Counted from the first letter of the stretch, positions 17,167 through 27,401 are shown. The stretch is 64,000 nt of DNA from a virus (IMGVR_UViG_3300021963_000033); one strand, 5' to 3'. The notes: generated from the letters alone by a model not told the origin. Numbers and translations: made by a program.

Positions 17167-17371
17167 TATTCAGTTCCTTCAGTTTTTTTACGATTTCAAT
17201 TGCATCAATAAGTTTGAGTGTTATCGACAACATGGTGCCAGCAACAAACCAGATAAGAAACACCATCTCACCGATGTGCTCGCCTGCAATGAAAAACTTG
17301 GCAGCAGCATACAGCAGCGCGAATAGGAATCCTCGGATTGCATTCTCTACAAGAAATCTAGAGATTAGCAT
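17156..17371 (-). CDS. small membrane protein
   Basis: Two TM helices. Confidence 0.4.
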   Translation of the reverse strand: MLISRFLVENAIRGFLFALLYAAAKFFIAGEHIGEMVFLIWFVAGTMLSITLKLIDAIEIVKKLKELNNDH

Positions 17372-17634
17372 GTTGCGTACTTTGGTTCATAAATGTCACC
17401 TGTCAATTGATTATGGAATTTGTGGACATGCTTGCACTTACCGTGAAATGAGAATCCAGGACAGTCACACTTCCACCCACGATCTGTGAGTTCACTGTGA
17501 TAATCCTTACCATTACAGTTTGTATATGTCCACACAAAACCTGTGTAAAATGATTTTTTGTAATTGTATCCTGGAATCTTCAGGACTTTGTCCCACTTGG
17601 AACGGCGAACTTTTGGGTTTCTTCTATCAGTCAT
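17365..17634 (-). CDS. SWIM-type zinc-finger protein
   Basis: WKCDCPGFSFHGKCKHV gives C-x-C-x10-C-x-H. The ATG lies only 7 nt from the -10 of promoter 17641-17669. Confidence 0.5.
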   Translation of the reverse strand: MTDRRNPKVRRSKWDKVLKIPGYNYKKSFYTGFVWTYTNCNGKDYHSELTDRGWKCDCPGFSFHGKCKHVHKFHNQLTGDIYEPKYATC

Positions 17635-17640
17635 GTTCCC

Positions 17641-17669
17641 ATAATACTATATTATGGGATAAATGTCAA
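17641..17669 (-). promoter_or_regulatory. early promoter, family member
   Basis: GGCTTGACA-17-TATTAT. The ATG of the SWIM-finger gene sits 7 nt downstream. Confidence 0.5.
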
Positions 17670-18283
17670 GCCTTTTTCCAACAAGTCCATACTGCTTCTT
17701 GAAAATCTTCAGTTAAAACTGGTTCAAGATTGTTAGATTCCACTGCCAAGGCAATGTCTTTATACTGGATTTCGCACCAGCGCCAAACATGGTTTTTAAT
17801 ATATGCTTGGAATAGATTCTCATCGTAGGAATAGTCATGCGCCATGATAATATCCCCAGACTTCAGCAATTTAGAGAAAACATCAAATTCCTTGATCTTG
17901 TTTCCCCCGTCGCATAGGACAAGAACCTGCCCTTTTCCGGAGATATAATCTTCTACAGTTTCATAATCATCGAATACGCTTTTAACGTTTACCGAAATAT
18001 TATTCTCTTCTAGAGTCGCTTTATGCTTAGTTTCTAATACATCATAGGTAATAATCTCGGCATTTGTTAAATCCCTCACTGCACGAATAAAACCACCAGT
18101 TGCGGTACCTATCTCTAGCACACGAATAATATTCTCCTGTGCAATGAGTTTTTCAAATGCAGGATAAAAGTTCTTATTTTGCTGGGTAAAGATGCCTTTG
18201 TATAGACCACCACCCCAATTGTGGTTCCAGTTAGGGAACTCGAACTCTGGATCATATGCGATATTGGGAACTTGAAATGCCAT
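17666..18283 (-). CDS. class I SAM-dependent methyltransferase
   Basis: VLEIGTATGGF matches motif I. Confidence 0.55.
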   Translation of the reverse strand: MAFQVPNIAYDPEFEFPNWNHNWGGGLYKGIFTQQNKNFYPAFEKLIAQENIIRVLEIGTATGGFIRAVRDLTNAEIITYDVLETKHKATLEENNISVNVKSVFDDYETVEDYISGKGQVLVLCDGGNKIKEFDVFSKLLKSGDIIMAHDYSYDENLFQAYIKNHVWRWCEIQYKDIALAVESNNLEPVLTEDFQEAVWTCWKKA

Positions 18284-18591
18284 TACAAGTAATCTCTATA
18301 TTGTTTGCGAATACTGGCGTAATCTGTTTCTTTTTCCACATCAGAGGCAAAGTCTGTGATTGCATTTTTCCAATCATTTCGTGCCATGACTGTCGTAAGA
18401 ATATCTTTGGAAAGAATCTGTAACACAGATCCTAGTGCAATCATTTCTTCTTCATCATCACAATATAGAATTGTTTCTTTAATGTAGTCACTGACATCAC
18501 TCATAAGAGCCATGCGTTTCTGCTGCCTCTCTTGGAAGTTAAGTCTCATCGTAGGGTCTTTAATAGGTTCAATCATAGACTTATTTATCAT
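18283..18591 (-). CDS. hypothetical protein
   Basis: ORF with an ATGA overlap. Confidence 0.45.
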   Translation of the reverse strand: MINKSMIEPIKDPTMRLNFQERQQKRMALMSDVSDYIKETILYCDDEEEMIALGSVLQILSKDILTTVMARNDWKNAITDFASDVEKETDYASIRKQYRDYL

Positions 18592-18776
18592 GATTCAACA
18601 CGACCCAATCTGTGTATCAGGTTAGAAATTACTGCCACATCTGGATGTGGGTCTCGTTCACTATATCCTTCGGTGCGCATGATATCGAGAAGATACGAGT
18701 GCAATGCACGTTTAATTACAGGATAATCTGTCGGTGCAAAGACACCACCCTTTGATTCTTTAACCATTAGTCCCAT
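18588..18776 (-). CDS. hypothetical protein
   Basis: ORF. Confidence 0.4.
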   Translation of the reverse strand: MGLMVKESKGGVFAPTDYPVIKRALHSYLLDIMRTEGYSERDPHPDVAVISNLIHRLGRVES

Positions 18777-19318
18777 AGTCCTCTATAGTATTTTCCGAAT
18801 AACAATATGCCATTATCGATACGTTCTTCGTGTTTTTTGTGACCATCTCTGTCATACACATAGTCTGTCCAGAAGCGATCAGGGAAAGTATCATCACCAT
18901 TCTGTTCGAACGCCCAGATCATCTCGTCAATTACCCAGTCCCACCGTTTATGGTGGTTGTCATCGACATCCCATTCATTCTCCTTTGCTGGTGCAGAGGT
19001 TGAGCGAAGTTCTTCGGGAACATCTGCATCATCTACGAACGGAGAACCATGCTTGGTCTCTTTGAGTTGCTTTAGCATTGGCACAATGATCAGACCAAGA
19101 GTATGGTCCATACTCCATGTGTCATATGGGTCGATGCGAATCTCGACTTTCCTCTTATGGAAAAACCATGACGCGATTTCGGCGATTGGTGTATGTCTAT
19201 CCAACCATTCCCCTAATGCAAAAACCGCATCATCGTCCTTGTTCTTCCAGAACAGAATCTTTTCTGCAATCTGGTATGGACCGAACCAGCGAGGATATGG
19301 ACCAATGTTAATCTTCAC
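18767..19318 (-). CDS. hypothetical protein
   Basis: 183-aa ORF, Trp/Asp-rich. Confidence 0.5.
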   Translation of the reverse strand: MKINIGPYPRWFGPYQIAEKILFWKNKDDDAVFALGEWLDRHTPIAEIASWFFHKRKVEIRIDPYDTWSMDHTLGLIIVPMLKQLKETKHGSPFVDDADVPEELRSTSAPAKENEWDVDDNHHKRWDWVIDEMIWAFEQNGDDTFPDRFWTDYVYDRDGHKKHEERIDNGILLFGKYYRGLWD

Positions 19319-19505
19319 GAGAATTCTTCGAAAGTTCAGTTAGATACGAATCTTGTCCCCAGTCAAGTGGAATATCCATACCATCGAGTGATTGTGCGAT
19401 CTTGGTGATGCCATAAACTGCTAGTGCGGCAACACCAAACACTGCAACATATGGAATCGCTTCAATTGCCTTGTCCTTTAAATCATCCTTGGTCATTGCT
19501 ATCAA
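19308..19505 (-). CDS. small membrane protein
   Basis: One TM helix. Confidence 0.4.
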   Translation of the reverse strand: MIAMTKDDLKDKAIEAIPYVAVFGVAALAVYGITKIAQSLDGMDIPLDWGQDSYLTELSKNSRED

Positions 19506-19770
19506 TTCCTGGAAATATAGTGCTAATGCGGGACAAACCGTAATCTTCTAGTTGCTTGTCAGTGCAATACCATGACAGTATAACATCAACTGCATCGATA
19601 TGCTTCTGAAGTTCGGCGTTTTCTGCCTCCTGATCATCCCAGTTAAACACACCACTACCACCAATCATAAGATCATTAACCCATGACTGGCGACAACGAA
19701 TCAGTTCGTCTGCGACAATGCGGTCGACCTGCTCGATATCAAGTTCTACAGTATACTTACTCATCTTCAT
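19483..19770 (-). CDS. hypothetical protein
   Basis: ORF. Confidence 0.45.
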   Translation of the reverse strand: MKMSKYTVELDIEQVDRIVADELIRCRQSWVNDLMIGGSGVFNWDDQEAENAELQKHIDAVDVILSWYCTDKQLEDYGLSRISTIFPGIDSNDQG

Positions 19771-20158
19771 TCACCTTCTTATATCGATTATAACTACCAT
19801 CTGCTTCTTCGACCATAATTTCATCAAGACCCATGCTCCTCGCCATCACACGCTGTTCGCCTTCTGCTACGATATGCTTACGTTCGCGCAGAACCCGCAT
19901 CACAGCATTAGCGATACCAAACTTATTGCGACCAGTATCCATGGCATTCTGTACTGCCTCTGCACAATCGTTGTAAATGTTATCGGGCAGACTCCAAGAG
20001 AGATCGATCGCATTGCCAAAATCACCAACACGACGAAGGTAGGATTGCCCACCATCTACAGAGACTGCACCACATGTGCATGTCACAAAGTCATGGCGAT
20101 GCTTGGAGACAATGAAGTCTCCGCAACCGAGACATGTTACTGCATTTTGAATGATCAT
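19757..20158 (-). CDS. zinc-ribbon protein
   Basis: CxxC...CxC pairs (GCGDFIV...CTCG). Confidence 0.45.
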   Translation of the reverse strand: MIIQNAVTCLGCGDFIVSKHRHDFVTCTCGAVSVDGGQSYLRRVGDFGNAIDLSWSLPDNIYNDCAEAVQNAMDTGRNKFGIANAVMRVLRERKHIVAEGEQRVMARSMGLDEIMVEEADGSYNRYKKVNEDE

Positions 20159-20439
20159 TCTGAATCTCCATAGTTCAGCACTTGAACGAGACCAAGTTTC
20201 TGTTCTTCAGTCCAGTCTTTCATGAAAACATTATCCTCATCAAATATACGAAGATACTCTGCTGTATCGATCTCGCGGGTAGATGAGATCATCTCATCGA
20301 GATGAAGTTGCGACATCTCATGAAAGTTGTCACCAACGTTCATGGTCACTTCATCTCTGGCATCAGATGCATTCTTCGCCTCAACGACATACCGCATACG
20401 GAACACGCTAACTGTTTCTACAAGATACTTTGGCATCAA
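20155..20439 (-). CDS. hypothetical protein
   Basis: ORF. Confidence 0.45.
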   Translation of the reverse strand: MMPKYLVETVSVFRMRYVVEAKNASDARDEVTMNVGDNFHEMSQLHLDEMISSTREIDTAEYLRIFDEDNVFMKDWTEEQKLGLVQVLNYGDSE

Positions 20440-20630
20440 TTCTTCTTTCCATCATAAGTTCGCAACCATGGTTGCCCGTAACCTTCTAGTTCATCAAACA
20501 ACTTGTCTGCAATATCAGACCAGAGTGTTCGGAACTTGGGGTTCTTGGCATTAACCATCGCTCGCCGAGCATTCTGTATTCGTTCCATCTGCAATACTGT
20601 GTCAATCATGTTAGTTATTCCTAGTCTCAA
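20436..20630 (-). CDS. hypothetical protein
   Basis: ORF. Confidence 0.4.
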   Translation of the reverse strand: MRLGITNMIDTVLQMERIQNARRAMVNAKNPKFRTLWSDIADKLFDELEGYGQPWLRTYDGKKN

Positions 20631-20684
20631 TCATTATTAGTATAATACGCTATTTTTCAGCATTTGTCAATAGATTTTTGAAAT

Positions 20685-21245
20685 TTAAAATACACCATAA
20701 GACCAAGAAACTAGACTGTATCTAACACCCGACTCAACTGGGTCCACTTTGTGTTGAATGTAGGATGGAAACAAAATGACATCGCCAGCGTTGAATGGAA
20801 AACTGTATCTTTGACCTGTGTACCAAAGTGCTAACTTGCCCCCAGTGAAATCGTCATTGAGTAATGTTATGCATGATATTTTGCGAACAGGTTTTGTATT
20901 CAAGTCGGCAACATCTGCGCCCCATATGGTATCTGTGTGCTGTTCAAATTTACCACCACTGTCGTATTGAATAAAGTGATTCTCTTTAGAATACTGTGAA
21001 ATGTTAATCTTAAAATAATTTTCATTCGCAAACTTAGATATTTCACGAATTTTTTCAACTACAGGATTATTGTGATTAACATTCACTTGGTTTGATTCGC
21101 GAAAGGTTTTATCATACGCACTGTTGTTTGAGCGAACGACGCCACTTTCCACTAGTGGTTTTTGTTTTTGGTTTTCGATGAATGCCGAGAGATCTTCAAA
21201 TACTCCGCGAAACACAATGGCATTCTGTAATACATCAAACTTCAT
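20685..21245 (-). CDS. 2OG-Fe(II) oxygenase (prolyl-4-hydroxylase-like)
   Basis: HTD...H facial triad (QHTDTIWG ... IQHKV) in a P4H-like layout. Confidence 0.6.
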   Translation of the reverse strand: MKFDVLQNAIVFRGVFEDLSAFIENQKQKPLVESGVVRSNNSAYDKTFRESNQVNVNHNNPVVEKIREISKFANENYFKINISQYSKENHFIQYDSGGKFEQHTDTIWGADVADLNTKPVRKISCITLLNDDFTGGKLALWYTGQRYSFPFNAGDVILFPSYIQHKVDPVESGVRYSLVSWSYGVF

Positions 21246-21666
21246 TTTTATGCACTAATTGCAACGCAACAGCTGCTTCGTGGAACATCTGCTTGGTAAT
21301 ATCCCAGTTGAATGTGTCCTCGCGATCGGGATGGTAACTTACCACCTTCGAGATACCACGTTGGATGATGCTCTTGGCGCATTCGTTGCACGGGAGCAGT
21401 GGGACATACAGTGTGCATCCCTCAACACTCATCGGTGAATTGTCCAGCGCATTACGTTCAGCGTGCGCTACAAACAGATGCTTGGTAGGACGGTCTTCGT
21501 ATCGTTCTGCCTTATCTAATACACCACGAGGGAAACCGTTGTAACCAATGGAGATGATGCGATTGCGGTCATCTACAATGACACACCCTACCTTGGTGCT
21601 TGGGTCATAAGACCACGTTGAGATGTGGTCTGCGAGTTCCATGAATCGCTTGTCCCACTTATTCAT
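21235..21666 (-). CDS. cd: dCMP deaminase
   Basis: HAERNAL and PCNECAKSI zinc-binding motifs of cytidine/deoxycytidylate deaminases. Confidence 0.7.
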   Translation of the reverse strand: MNKWDKRFMELADHISTWSYDPSTKVGCVIVDDRNRIISIGYNGFPRGVLDKAERYEDRPTKHLFVAHAERNALDNSPMSVEGCTLYVPLLPCNECAKSIIQRGISKVVSYHPDREDTFNWDITKQMFHEAAVALQLVHKNEV

Positions 21667-22101
21667 AGGTTACTACCATCTTCACCTTCGTCTCGGTTGC
21701 CGTTACAATACGGTTGCGCAAACTTGACGAACTGTAGTCATGCTTCCTAGAAAGAAACTTTACTTGAAGGTCTAAACCATATCCAGTATAATCTGTACGG
21801 TGAAAATAGTCATCACCGAGGAATCGAACATCCCAATCATATCCAGTCAACAGGTTCAGTAGATCTGCTTCTGTGTCATATGGAATTATCTGATCAACAT
21901 ATCTACATGCATTGACCTGAACATAACGTTCAAACAAATTCTGCACAGGTTTGTTCTTCTCGGGACGGTCAAGAGTAGGGTCAGACTGCAGTGCTACTAC
22001 AAGTCGATCACAATACTCTTTTGCTTCACATAGCGCCAAAACATGACCTGCATGAAACAGGTCAAAACAACTGGCAATAATACCTACGCGTTCTTCAGTC
22101 A
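21659..22101 (-). CDS. cytidylyltransferase-like nucleotidyltransferase (TagD/RfaE-type)
   Basis: GIIASCFDLFHAGH matches the (H/T)xGH motif. Start reassigned to ATG 22101 with a GAAGG SD. Confidence 0.55.
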
Positions 22102-22307
22102 TATTCAATACCTTCATCTTGTTTGCGACCCATGTAGTGATCATCGCTTACGCAATGAAACTGTGCCTGGATTGGACTGTTGATAATAGTGCGAGTGACA
22201 TCACCTGCGAACTGTTCACACTGCTCTTTGCTGGCAGTCTCGTAAACATCCTTGGCGATAAACTCGCCTTCAGCAGTGAACAGATATACAATTAACCAAA
22301 AACTCAT
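22095..22307 (-). CDS. hypothetical protein
   Basis: AGGAG SD. Confidence 0.45.
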   Translation of the reverse strand: MSFWLIVYLFTAEGEFIAKDVYETASKEQCEQFAGDVTRTIINSPIQAQFHCVSDDHYMGRKQDEGIEYD

Positions 22308-22519
22308 ACTATAACTCCTACGACGAGAATGCCAACTACGAATGCATTTACTGCCATCAATGCTTTATCCTTCATGGCGACAGCAGCCCATCCCCACAGT
22401 CCAGCACCAGCGATAGAGATTAACAGATCTGCTGTGTGAAAATCAAACGCACGACAGGTTGCGGCGACGATGACACATGCAGTGCCTGTCCATTTAATTG
22501 TTTCAAGAATATTAGTCAC
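22304..22519 (-). CDS. small membrane protein (GTG start)
   Basis: GTG overlaps the upstream stop (GTGA). Three hydrophobic segments. Confidence 0.35.
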   Translation of the reverse strand: MTNILETIKWTGTACVIVAATCRAFDFHTADLLISIAGAGLWGWAAVAMKDKALMAVNAFVVGILVVGVIV

Positions 22520-22853
22520 GCTGATAATTTTCCATCTGAGTGAAACCAAACGATGCACAACGGAACTTAGAACCGTCTTCCATCTCGAGGATGTCACCAA
22601 CAGACATCGAAGCGACATACGGAATAAGTTTCTCGACTCGCTCTGGTTGTTCCCAGAGGTTCATGAATTCGAACGCTTGTTCCATATCCAATGTGCTAAC
22701 GTTAGCAACATGAGTGTAGTACTGGAAGTTCTCTGCTTTGAAAGAACCATCAAACGAACGATCAAAGTATGCCTTGATACGGGGAGAAGTTTCGCCGTTA
22801 TTTACGGCAGCGAGTTCAGCGTCAGACAACTGAATTTGGTACACCTTGATCAT
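22512..22853 (-). CDS. hypothetical protein
   Basis: ATG 22853 with an AAAGGAAA SD, downstream of promoter 22885-22913. Confidence 0.5.
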   Translation of the reverse strand: MIKVYQIQLSDAELAAVNNGETSPRIKAYFDRSFDGSFKAENFQYYTHVANVSTLDMEQAFEFMNLWEQPERVEKLIPYVASMSVGDILEMEDGSKFRCASFGFTQMENYQRD

Positions 22854-22884
22854 TTTCACATTTCCTTTTCTCATCTTATATTTC

Positions 22885-22913
22885 ATTCTACCCTAAAAAT
22901 GAGAAAATGTCAA
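22885..22913 (-). promoter_or_regulatory. early promoter, family member (subfamily B leader)
   Basis: GGGCTTGACA-17-TAGAAT followed by gaaatataagatgagaaaaggaaa. Confidence 0.55.
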
Positions 22914-22917
22914 GCCC

Positions 22918-23103
22918 TTAATTCGCCCAGCAGACTGAATGTTCAATTAATTTTACGGTGCTACCATCGTCAGTGCGCACCGCCACCTGCTGCCACTCTT
23001 GAGTGGAATCGTCAGTCATACTGACATATGCACCAATAACAAGACCATGCTCGCCATTTTCACCATACCTATAACCCATTACCTTATCACCGACCTCAAA
23101 CAT
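22918..23103 (-). CDS. hypothetical protein
   Basis: 61-aa ORF. Confidence 0.4.
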   Translation of the reverse strand: MFEVGDKVMGYRYGENGEHGLVIGAYVSMTDDSTQEWQQVAVRTDDGSTVKLIEHSVCWAN

Positions 23104-23126
23104 ATTAATTCCTTTCAGTTTTTGAT

Positions 23127-23648
23127 TTAATTTTTAAATTGCGATAAACACTCATCATAAGATTCCCGCATTCCTCCTACTTGGAAGAATATTCTTTGCG
23201 ATTTGTTATCTGGTAACCCATGCACGATTGATGTATTTATCAATGTCGCTGCATTAGCATAATCGTAGTTACAGATCTCGACCTCATTTTCATACCAGAC
23301 GATAGGAGCATGAAATGTTACCAGGGGAATTGATATCACAGCAGTTCTAGTGTCAGTGTGTTGCGGAAGTCTACCCTCCACGAAAGACACCTGACTCCAA
23401 TGGTATACATGATTCGGATCACTATACGGAGATTCGGGGACAAATAGGTCGCTAATCTTCTTGAAGAGTTGGTGTTCCCTGTAGTCTTCAGTTGCATCTC
23501 GGAGAAAATATTGAGAGTATTGTTTAATCGTATGACCCTGGACTACGTAATGATATGCCTGCGACTGATAGTTGTGCGATAGAAAATTGAAAAATCTCCA
23601 ATCAGTAGTGTCTAGCACCAATTCTAGTGGTTTGTAATACGGATACAT
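23127..23648 (-). CDS. cupin/2OG-oxygenase-like protein
   Basis: LPQHTDTRTAV gives an HxD motif; the fold assignment is tentative. Confidence 0.4.
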   Translation of the reverse strand: MYPYYKPLELVLDTTDWRFFNFLSHNYQSQAYHYVVQGHTIKQYSQYFLRDATEDYREHQLFKKISDLFVPESPYSDPNHVYHWSQVSFVEGRLPQHTDTRTAVISIPLVTFHAPIVWYENEVEICNYDYANAATLINTSIVHGLPDNKSQRIFFQVGGMRESYDECLSQFKN

Positions 23649-23649
23649 G

Positions 23650-24285
23650 CTAGTATATTCTCATTTTTGTAATCAATTTTTTCATCATCTCGTGCTCTGC
23701 TTTAACATTCAACACCAGCATGGTGCAGTTATCAACATACGAGAACAAGGAATGTGCTTTGGTGGTGTTCATAAAATATGCAACCCCTTCTCGCAATTCT
23801 ATAACCTTGCCATCAAATACCCACGTCATATGTTGTGAATGAAAATTATAGAAAGGAACAACTATTCTAAATGTATCATTAGGAAGTCTCCACTCGTGGT
23901 CCCTATGCGGAGGAAAGAACCCACCCTTATCCAACCGCAGAAAATGTGAGCGACCCAAGTCTTCCCCGAAAAAATTTAGTAATTCATTTATTTCGGGTAT
24001 CTCGAGCGACAAAGGTGTGCGAACCTTAAACTCCGAATCGCGATGCATTATGCCAGTATCTCTCCAATATTCTGACAAACTCTCGAGATCTGGAGTGCCT
24101 GAGTATCCTCCATCTAAACTGGTCATCGATAATCCGTAGCGATTGTACCCGTGCTTGTATGTGTTGTATTGCTTCCATTCTGGGTGTTCAAGAATAAGAT
24201 TTTTGTAGTTTTCCGCATTGAAAGACGGAAATCCCAGTTCAATCACATCACCATATGAGACTACAAATTCAGTCAATGGGTTCAT
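23650..24285 (-). CDS. aspartyl/asparaginyl beta-hydroxylase-like cupin oxygenase
   Basis: FFPPHRDHEW...FHSQHM gives a His/Asp/His triad. AGGAA SD. Confidence 0.45.
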   Translation of the reverse strand: MNPLTEFVVSYGDVIELGFPSFNAENYKNLILEHPEWKQYNTYKHGYNRYGLSMTSLDGGYSGTPDLESLSEYWRDTGIMHRDSEFKVRTPLSLEIPEINELLNFFGEDLGRSHFLRLDKGGFFPPHRDHEWRLPNDTFRIVVPFYNFHSQHMTWVFDGKVIELREGVAYFMNTTKAHSLFSYVDNCTMLVLNVKAEHEMMKKLITKMRIY

Positions 24286-24954
24286 TTAATTAGTTCCTGG
24301 ATCTGTTTTGCCGAGTTGATCGAAAGCCCACTGTCTTTCCCTACAGTGATAGCACTTACTGCATCTACCATATTTTTGCTGCGTGCAAGTGTGCGATATC
24401 TCGAGCAATCTTTCTGTGCCATGCATAAAATGCAAATCAATCGTGTGCGATTTCATCAATTCATTGAACGGCATGCCCAAATATTCCGGAAAGGGATTTG
24501 TATCTACTCTATACGGTTTTTCGTTTGGAGAAAGTACCAACTCGGATGTTTCTCTATTGTCTGCCATGTAAACAAACAGTTTACCATCCGCTGCATAGTC
24601 TTTGAATACTGCACGAACGCTCTCTTGAATTTGCTGCGAGTGGTGAAGTTCTTGGACGTTCTCTGCACCAAAAATCGTAGGCGCGGGTAAGTTTATACTC
24701 AGCATCTCGTTTATGGCGGCGACTATACCAGGAGAGTGAACCTCTGCGCCATCTGTCTTGGGCACCGTAAAGATATACTTAATTTCATCGATACTGCGCC
24801 CCTTCTTAATCAATTCGGAACAAATCATATACAATAGAATAGAACTGTCTGCTCCACTACTCAACATAATAGCAAGATCACGGTTTTCCGGTAGAGGCAA
24901 AACAAATGAGCGTCTATCTTCTGGTGGTCCACAGGTAAATGAAGTACTTGTCAT
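24286..24954 (-). CDS. QueC-like PP-loop ATPase (7-cyano-7-deazaguanine synthase family)
   Basis: SGADS PP-loop after a beta-strand (LAIMLSSGADSS). C-terminal C-x7-C-x2-C-x2-C (CTQQKYGRCSKCYHC) matches the QueC zinc site. Length 222 aa; AGGAG SD. Confidence 0.6.
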   Translation of the reverse strand: MTSTSFTCGPPEDRRSFVLPLPENRDLAIMLSSGADSSILLYMICSELIKKGRSIDEIKYIFTVPKTDGAEVHSPGIVAAINEMLSINLPAPTIFGAENVQELHHSQQIQESVRAVFKDYAADGKLFVYMADNRETSELVLSPNEKPYRVDTNPFPEYLGMPFNELMKSHTIDLHFMHGTERLLEISHTCTQQKYGRCSKCYHCRERQWAFDQLGKTDPGTN

Positions 24955-25772
24955 CTGTTTGCTCCTAGTAATTGCGTCGAGAGATTTACCAAGTTCGGAT
25001 AGAAAGTTGTAAACACTTCTCTCACCTCGTCGGCGTTTACAATTTGGTCGTATGGGTCTAGAGGTAGTTGTTTTTCATTAAAGACTCCGTATGCGAGTTT
25101 TTTCTCAGACTCATCTAAGTGCGCTGCCATCGAAGTCAATTCATCATATTCGACGACAATGTGACTACCGACAATATTAGTCATGATTTTTTTGTTATGT
25201 TCTTCCAAAAGATAACGACCGATGATCATGGATTTTAGTTCTGGGATATCAACACTTAAAGAATTGGAGTTTTTTCCGCTTCTGAAAATCATTGTTTTCT
25301 TGGAAAAGTAAGTGCTGAGAATCTTGTGCTCGAAATTGCGATTGACATATACAAATTTAAAATCCAGTTTCTTCAGAAGTTCTAAACTAGCAGTAACTGA
25401 AAGAAAGGTAAGTCTGTCATCTAAGAATACGCGACATGTCATTGGTTGTGCTGGATCTGCTCGCTGTATCTTTTCTATCCAGTCTTGACCTATCGCGGGG
25501 AGCATTTCAACATTTCTACTACTCGACATTTTACCGTTGCTATCAGTCATCATCTCGAATGATAGTTTATTATTTTCGTCGATTTCGATATTGAAGAAGT
25601 ACGCAGAATTGAATGAGAAGAAATCCTCTAGCGGTACTCCGCCATCAAACTTTTTGCCGATCGAATAGTTAAGCAGGGATTCGGTGAGTTGTGTTCCAGA
25701 TCTCGGAACACCCAGAACACAGTATCTATGATGCGATAGATTCCATGGGAGCGGATCGGACAACTTTATCAT
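24951..25772 (-). CDS. sulfotransferase family protein
   Basis: VLGVPRSGTQL matches the 5'-PSB-like P-loop, with a downstream RN..E motif. AAGGAAAA SD. Confidence 0.5.
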   Translation of the reverse strand: MIKLSDPLPWNLSHHRYCVLGVPRSGTQLTESLLNYSIGKKFDGGVPLEDFFSFNSAYFFNIEIDENNKLSFEMMTDSNGKMSSSRNVEMLPAIGQDWIEKIQRADPAQPMTCRVFLDDRLTFLSVTASLELLKKLDFKFVYVNRNFEHKILSTYFSKKTMIFRSGKNSNSLSVDIPELKSMIIGRYLLEEHNKKIMTNIVGSHIVVEYDELTSMAAHLDESEKKLAYGVFNEKQLPLDPYDQIVNADEVREVFTTFYPNLVNLSTQLLGANR

Positions 25773-25784
25773 TATGTTTTTTCC

Positions 25785-27401
25785 TTATGGTGCAACATAG
25801 TCTAACTTTTTCTTTTTGTAATTTTCGATAAAGTCAACTTTTTTATGCATCGGGGCGCGAACGCCTCCCAGTTGTCTAAATGACTTCATCATATCTTCGT
25901 CAGTATATCCACATACATACCAATCATCCATTCTCCAATGATCCACCCCAAAATCTAGATAAGAATCTTGCGCCCAGAAATTTTTGATGACCCATAGTAC
26001 AGCATCTTTTTCCGACATGCCCATGTTGTTGCGCCATCTAGTAAACAAAACTGATGGTGTCAGGTGCCGCATATACAATCGTATCTGATTTTTCAACTCA
26101 GGTTCAATTTGATTACTCTGGAATATGGGTACTAGATCTGGATGATCATCTGTCAATTGCTCTCCCTCGACCAAAGTAAATCCTTGTTTTTCATATTGAC
26201 TAGACAATTTACTTTGTGGATTATTTGCCAGCGTCTCGCTAGGAATAACCAAGGGATGTATCATTACATTATTGGTTTTCCAATGTTCCTTGCACCAGTT
26301 TAGAGTTTCGCTCAATGTTTCTTCTGTCTCATGCTGCAACCCTGCGATAAGACTTATTGTGCCTCTGTAATACCCATTATGCTCTAGACAGTATGCCTTA
26401 GAATCTAGAATTGCCTGTTGAATTTTGGCAGGTTCCATCCCTTTACCAATGGACTTGGCGCTAGGGCGATGAAATGATTCTATACCATAAAACTGCGAAG
26501 AAAAATTCATTCTTGATAAATGTTCAATATCTTCTGGGCGAGTATGTAACAGGTCGGCGCGAATATAACCTCCAAATAGAGGTTTAAAAGAAAACTTTTC
26601 AACCTCGTCTGCGTACTTGATTATCTTGTCAGTATAATCGTTGAAGGTTTCGTCGGCGATAGAATATCTGTATAGACCCCAATTGTCATAGTTTCTCACA
26701 AGATTGTCGTGAAAATCTTGTGCGTCGCGAGTATGGTCTTTTTTTACTCCAAGCACAGGGTACGTGCAAAATCCACATTTAAATCGGCAACCCCTGGAGG
26801 TTTCTATAGTTGTGTGTTCAAATGGTTGCATGAAATCTCGCTTTTCATAATCAACCGACAAATTGAGCATAGGAAAGGCGGGATAGTGTTTAACAGCGTC
26901 GACAGTTCTTCTGGTGTCACCTTCTTTGTTAATGACCTCCTCTGTCCACTTAGCAGTACCCTTTAAAATCTCAAGCATGGCATGTTCACCATATCCCGTG
27001 ACCATGTAATCAGCAGGTATTAAATGTATATTGTGGAATTGGGTGGACCCAGTAATGATAGTAACATCTGGATAAGTTTGTTTCAACCAAGAAAAGCAGA
27101 GATACAATATCTCTGTGTTCATTCTAAACAACGCACCCAATCCGACAAACTTGAACGTGGGTGTCATTCTTGAGCGAATTAACTCTTGAAATTCGCGCAC
27201 TGTCCAAGAAGGCGCGAAGTCAACAACCTCGACGTCTAGACCGTTTTGACGCAAGAATGATGCAATTCTATGTGCACCGCCATTCCGACGAACAGAACTA
27301 TAACTAATCGACGAGTCCTGCCTTCTCACTCCACTTTTATCAGTAGAAGGCGCTTCATCTAGATTAATCATACCACCAAAGATAATACCATCTAATGCCA
27401 T
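25785..27401 (-). CDS. B12-binding radical SAM protein (class B radical SAM)
   Basis: N-terminal cobalamin-binding-like domain. CRFKCGFC is a CxxxCxxC radical SAM motif. Length 538 aa. Confidence 0.65.
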   Translation of the reverse strand: MALDGIIFGGMINLDEAPSTDKSGVRRQDSSISYSSVRRNGGAHRIASFLRQNGLDVEVVDFAPSWTVREFQELIRSRMTPTFKFVGLGALFRMNTEILYLCFSWLKQTYPDVTIITGSTQFHNIHLIPADYMVTGYGEHAMLEILKGTAKWTEEVINKEGDTRRTVDAVKHYPAFPMLNLSVDYEKRDFMQPFEHTTIETSRGCRFKCGFCTYPVLGVKKDHTRDAQDFHDNLVRNYDNWGLYRYSIADETFNDYTDKIIKYADEVEKFSFKPLFGGYIRADLLHTRPEDIEHLSRMNFSSQFYGIESFHRPSAKSIGKGMEPAKIQQAILDSKAYCLEHNGYYRGTISLIAGLQHETEETLSETLNWCKEHWKTNNVMIHPLVIPSETLANNPQSKLSSQYEKQGFTLVEGEQLTDDHPDLVPIFQSNQIEPELKNQIRLYMRHLTPSVLFTRWRNNMGMSEKDAVLWVIKNFWAQDSYLDFGVDHWRMDDWYVCGYTDEDMMKSFRQLGGVRAPMHKKVDFIENYKKKKLDYVAP

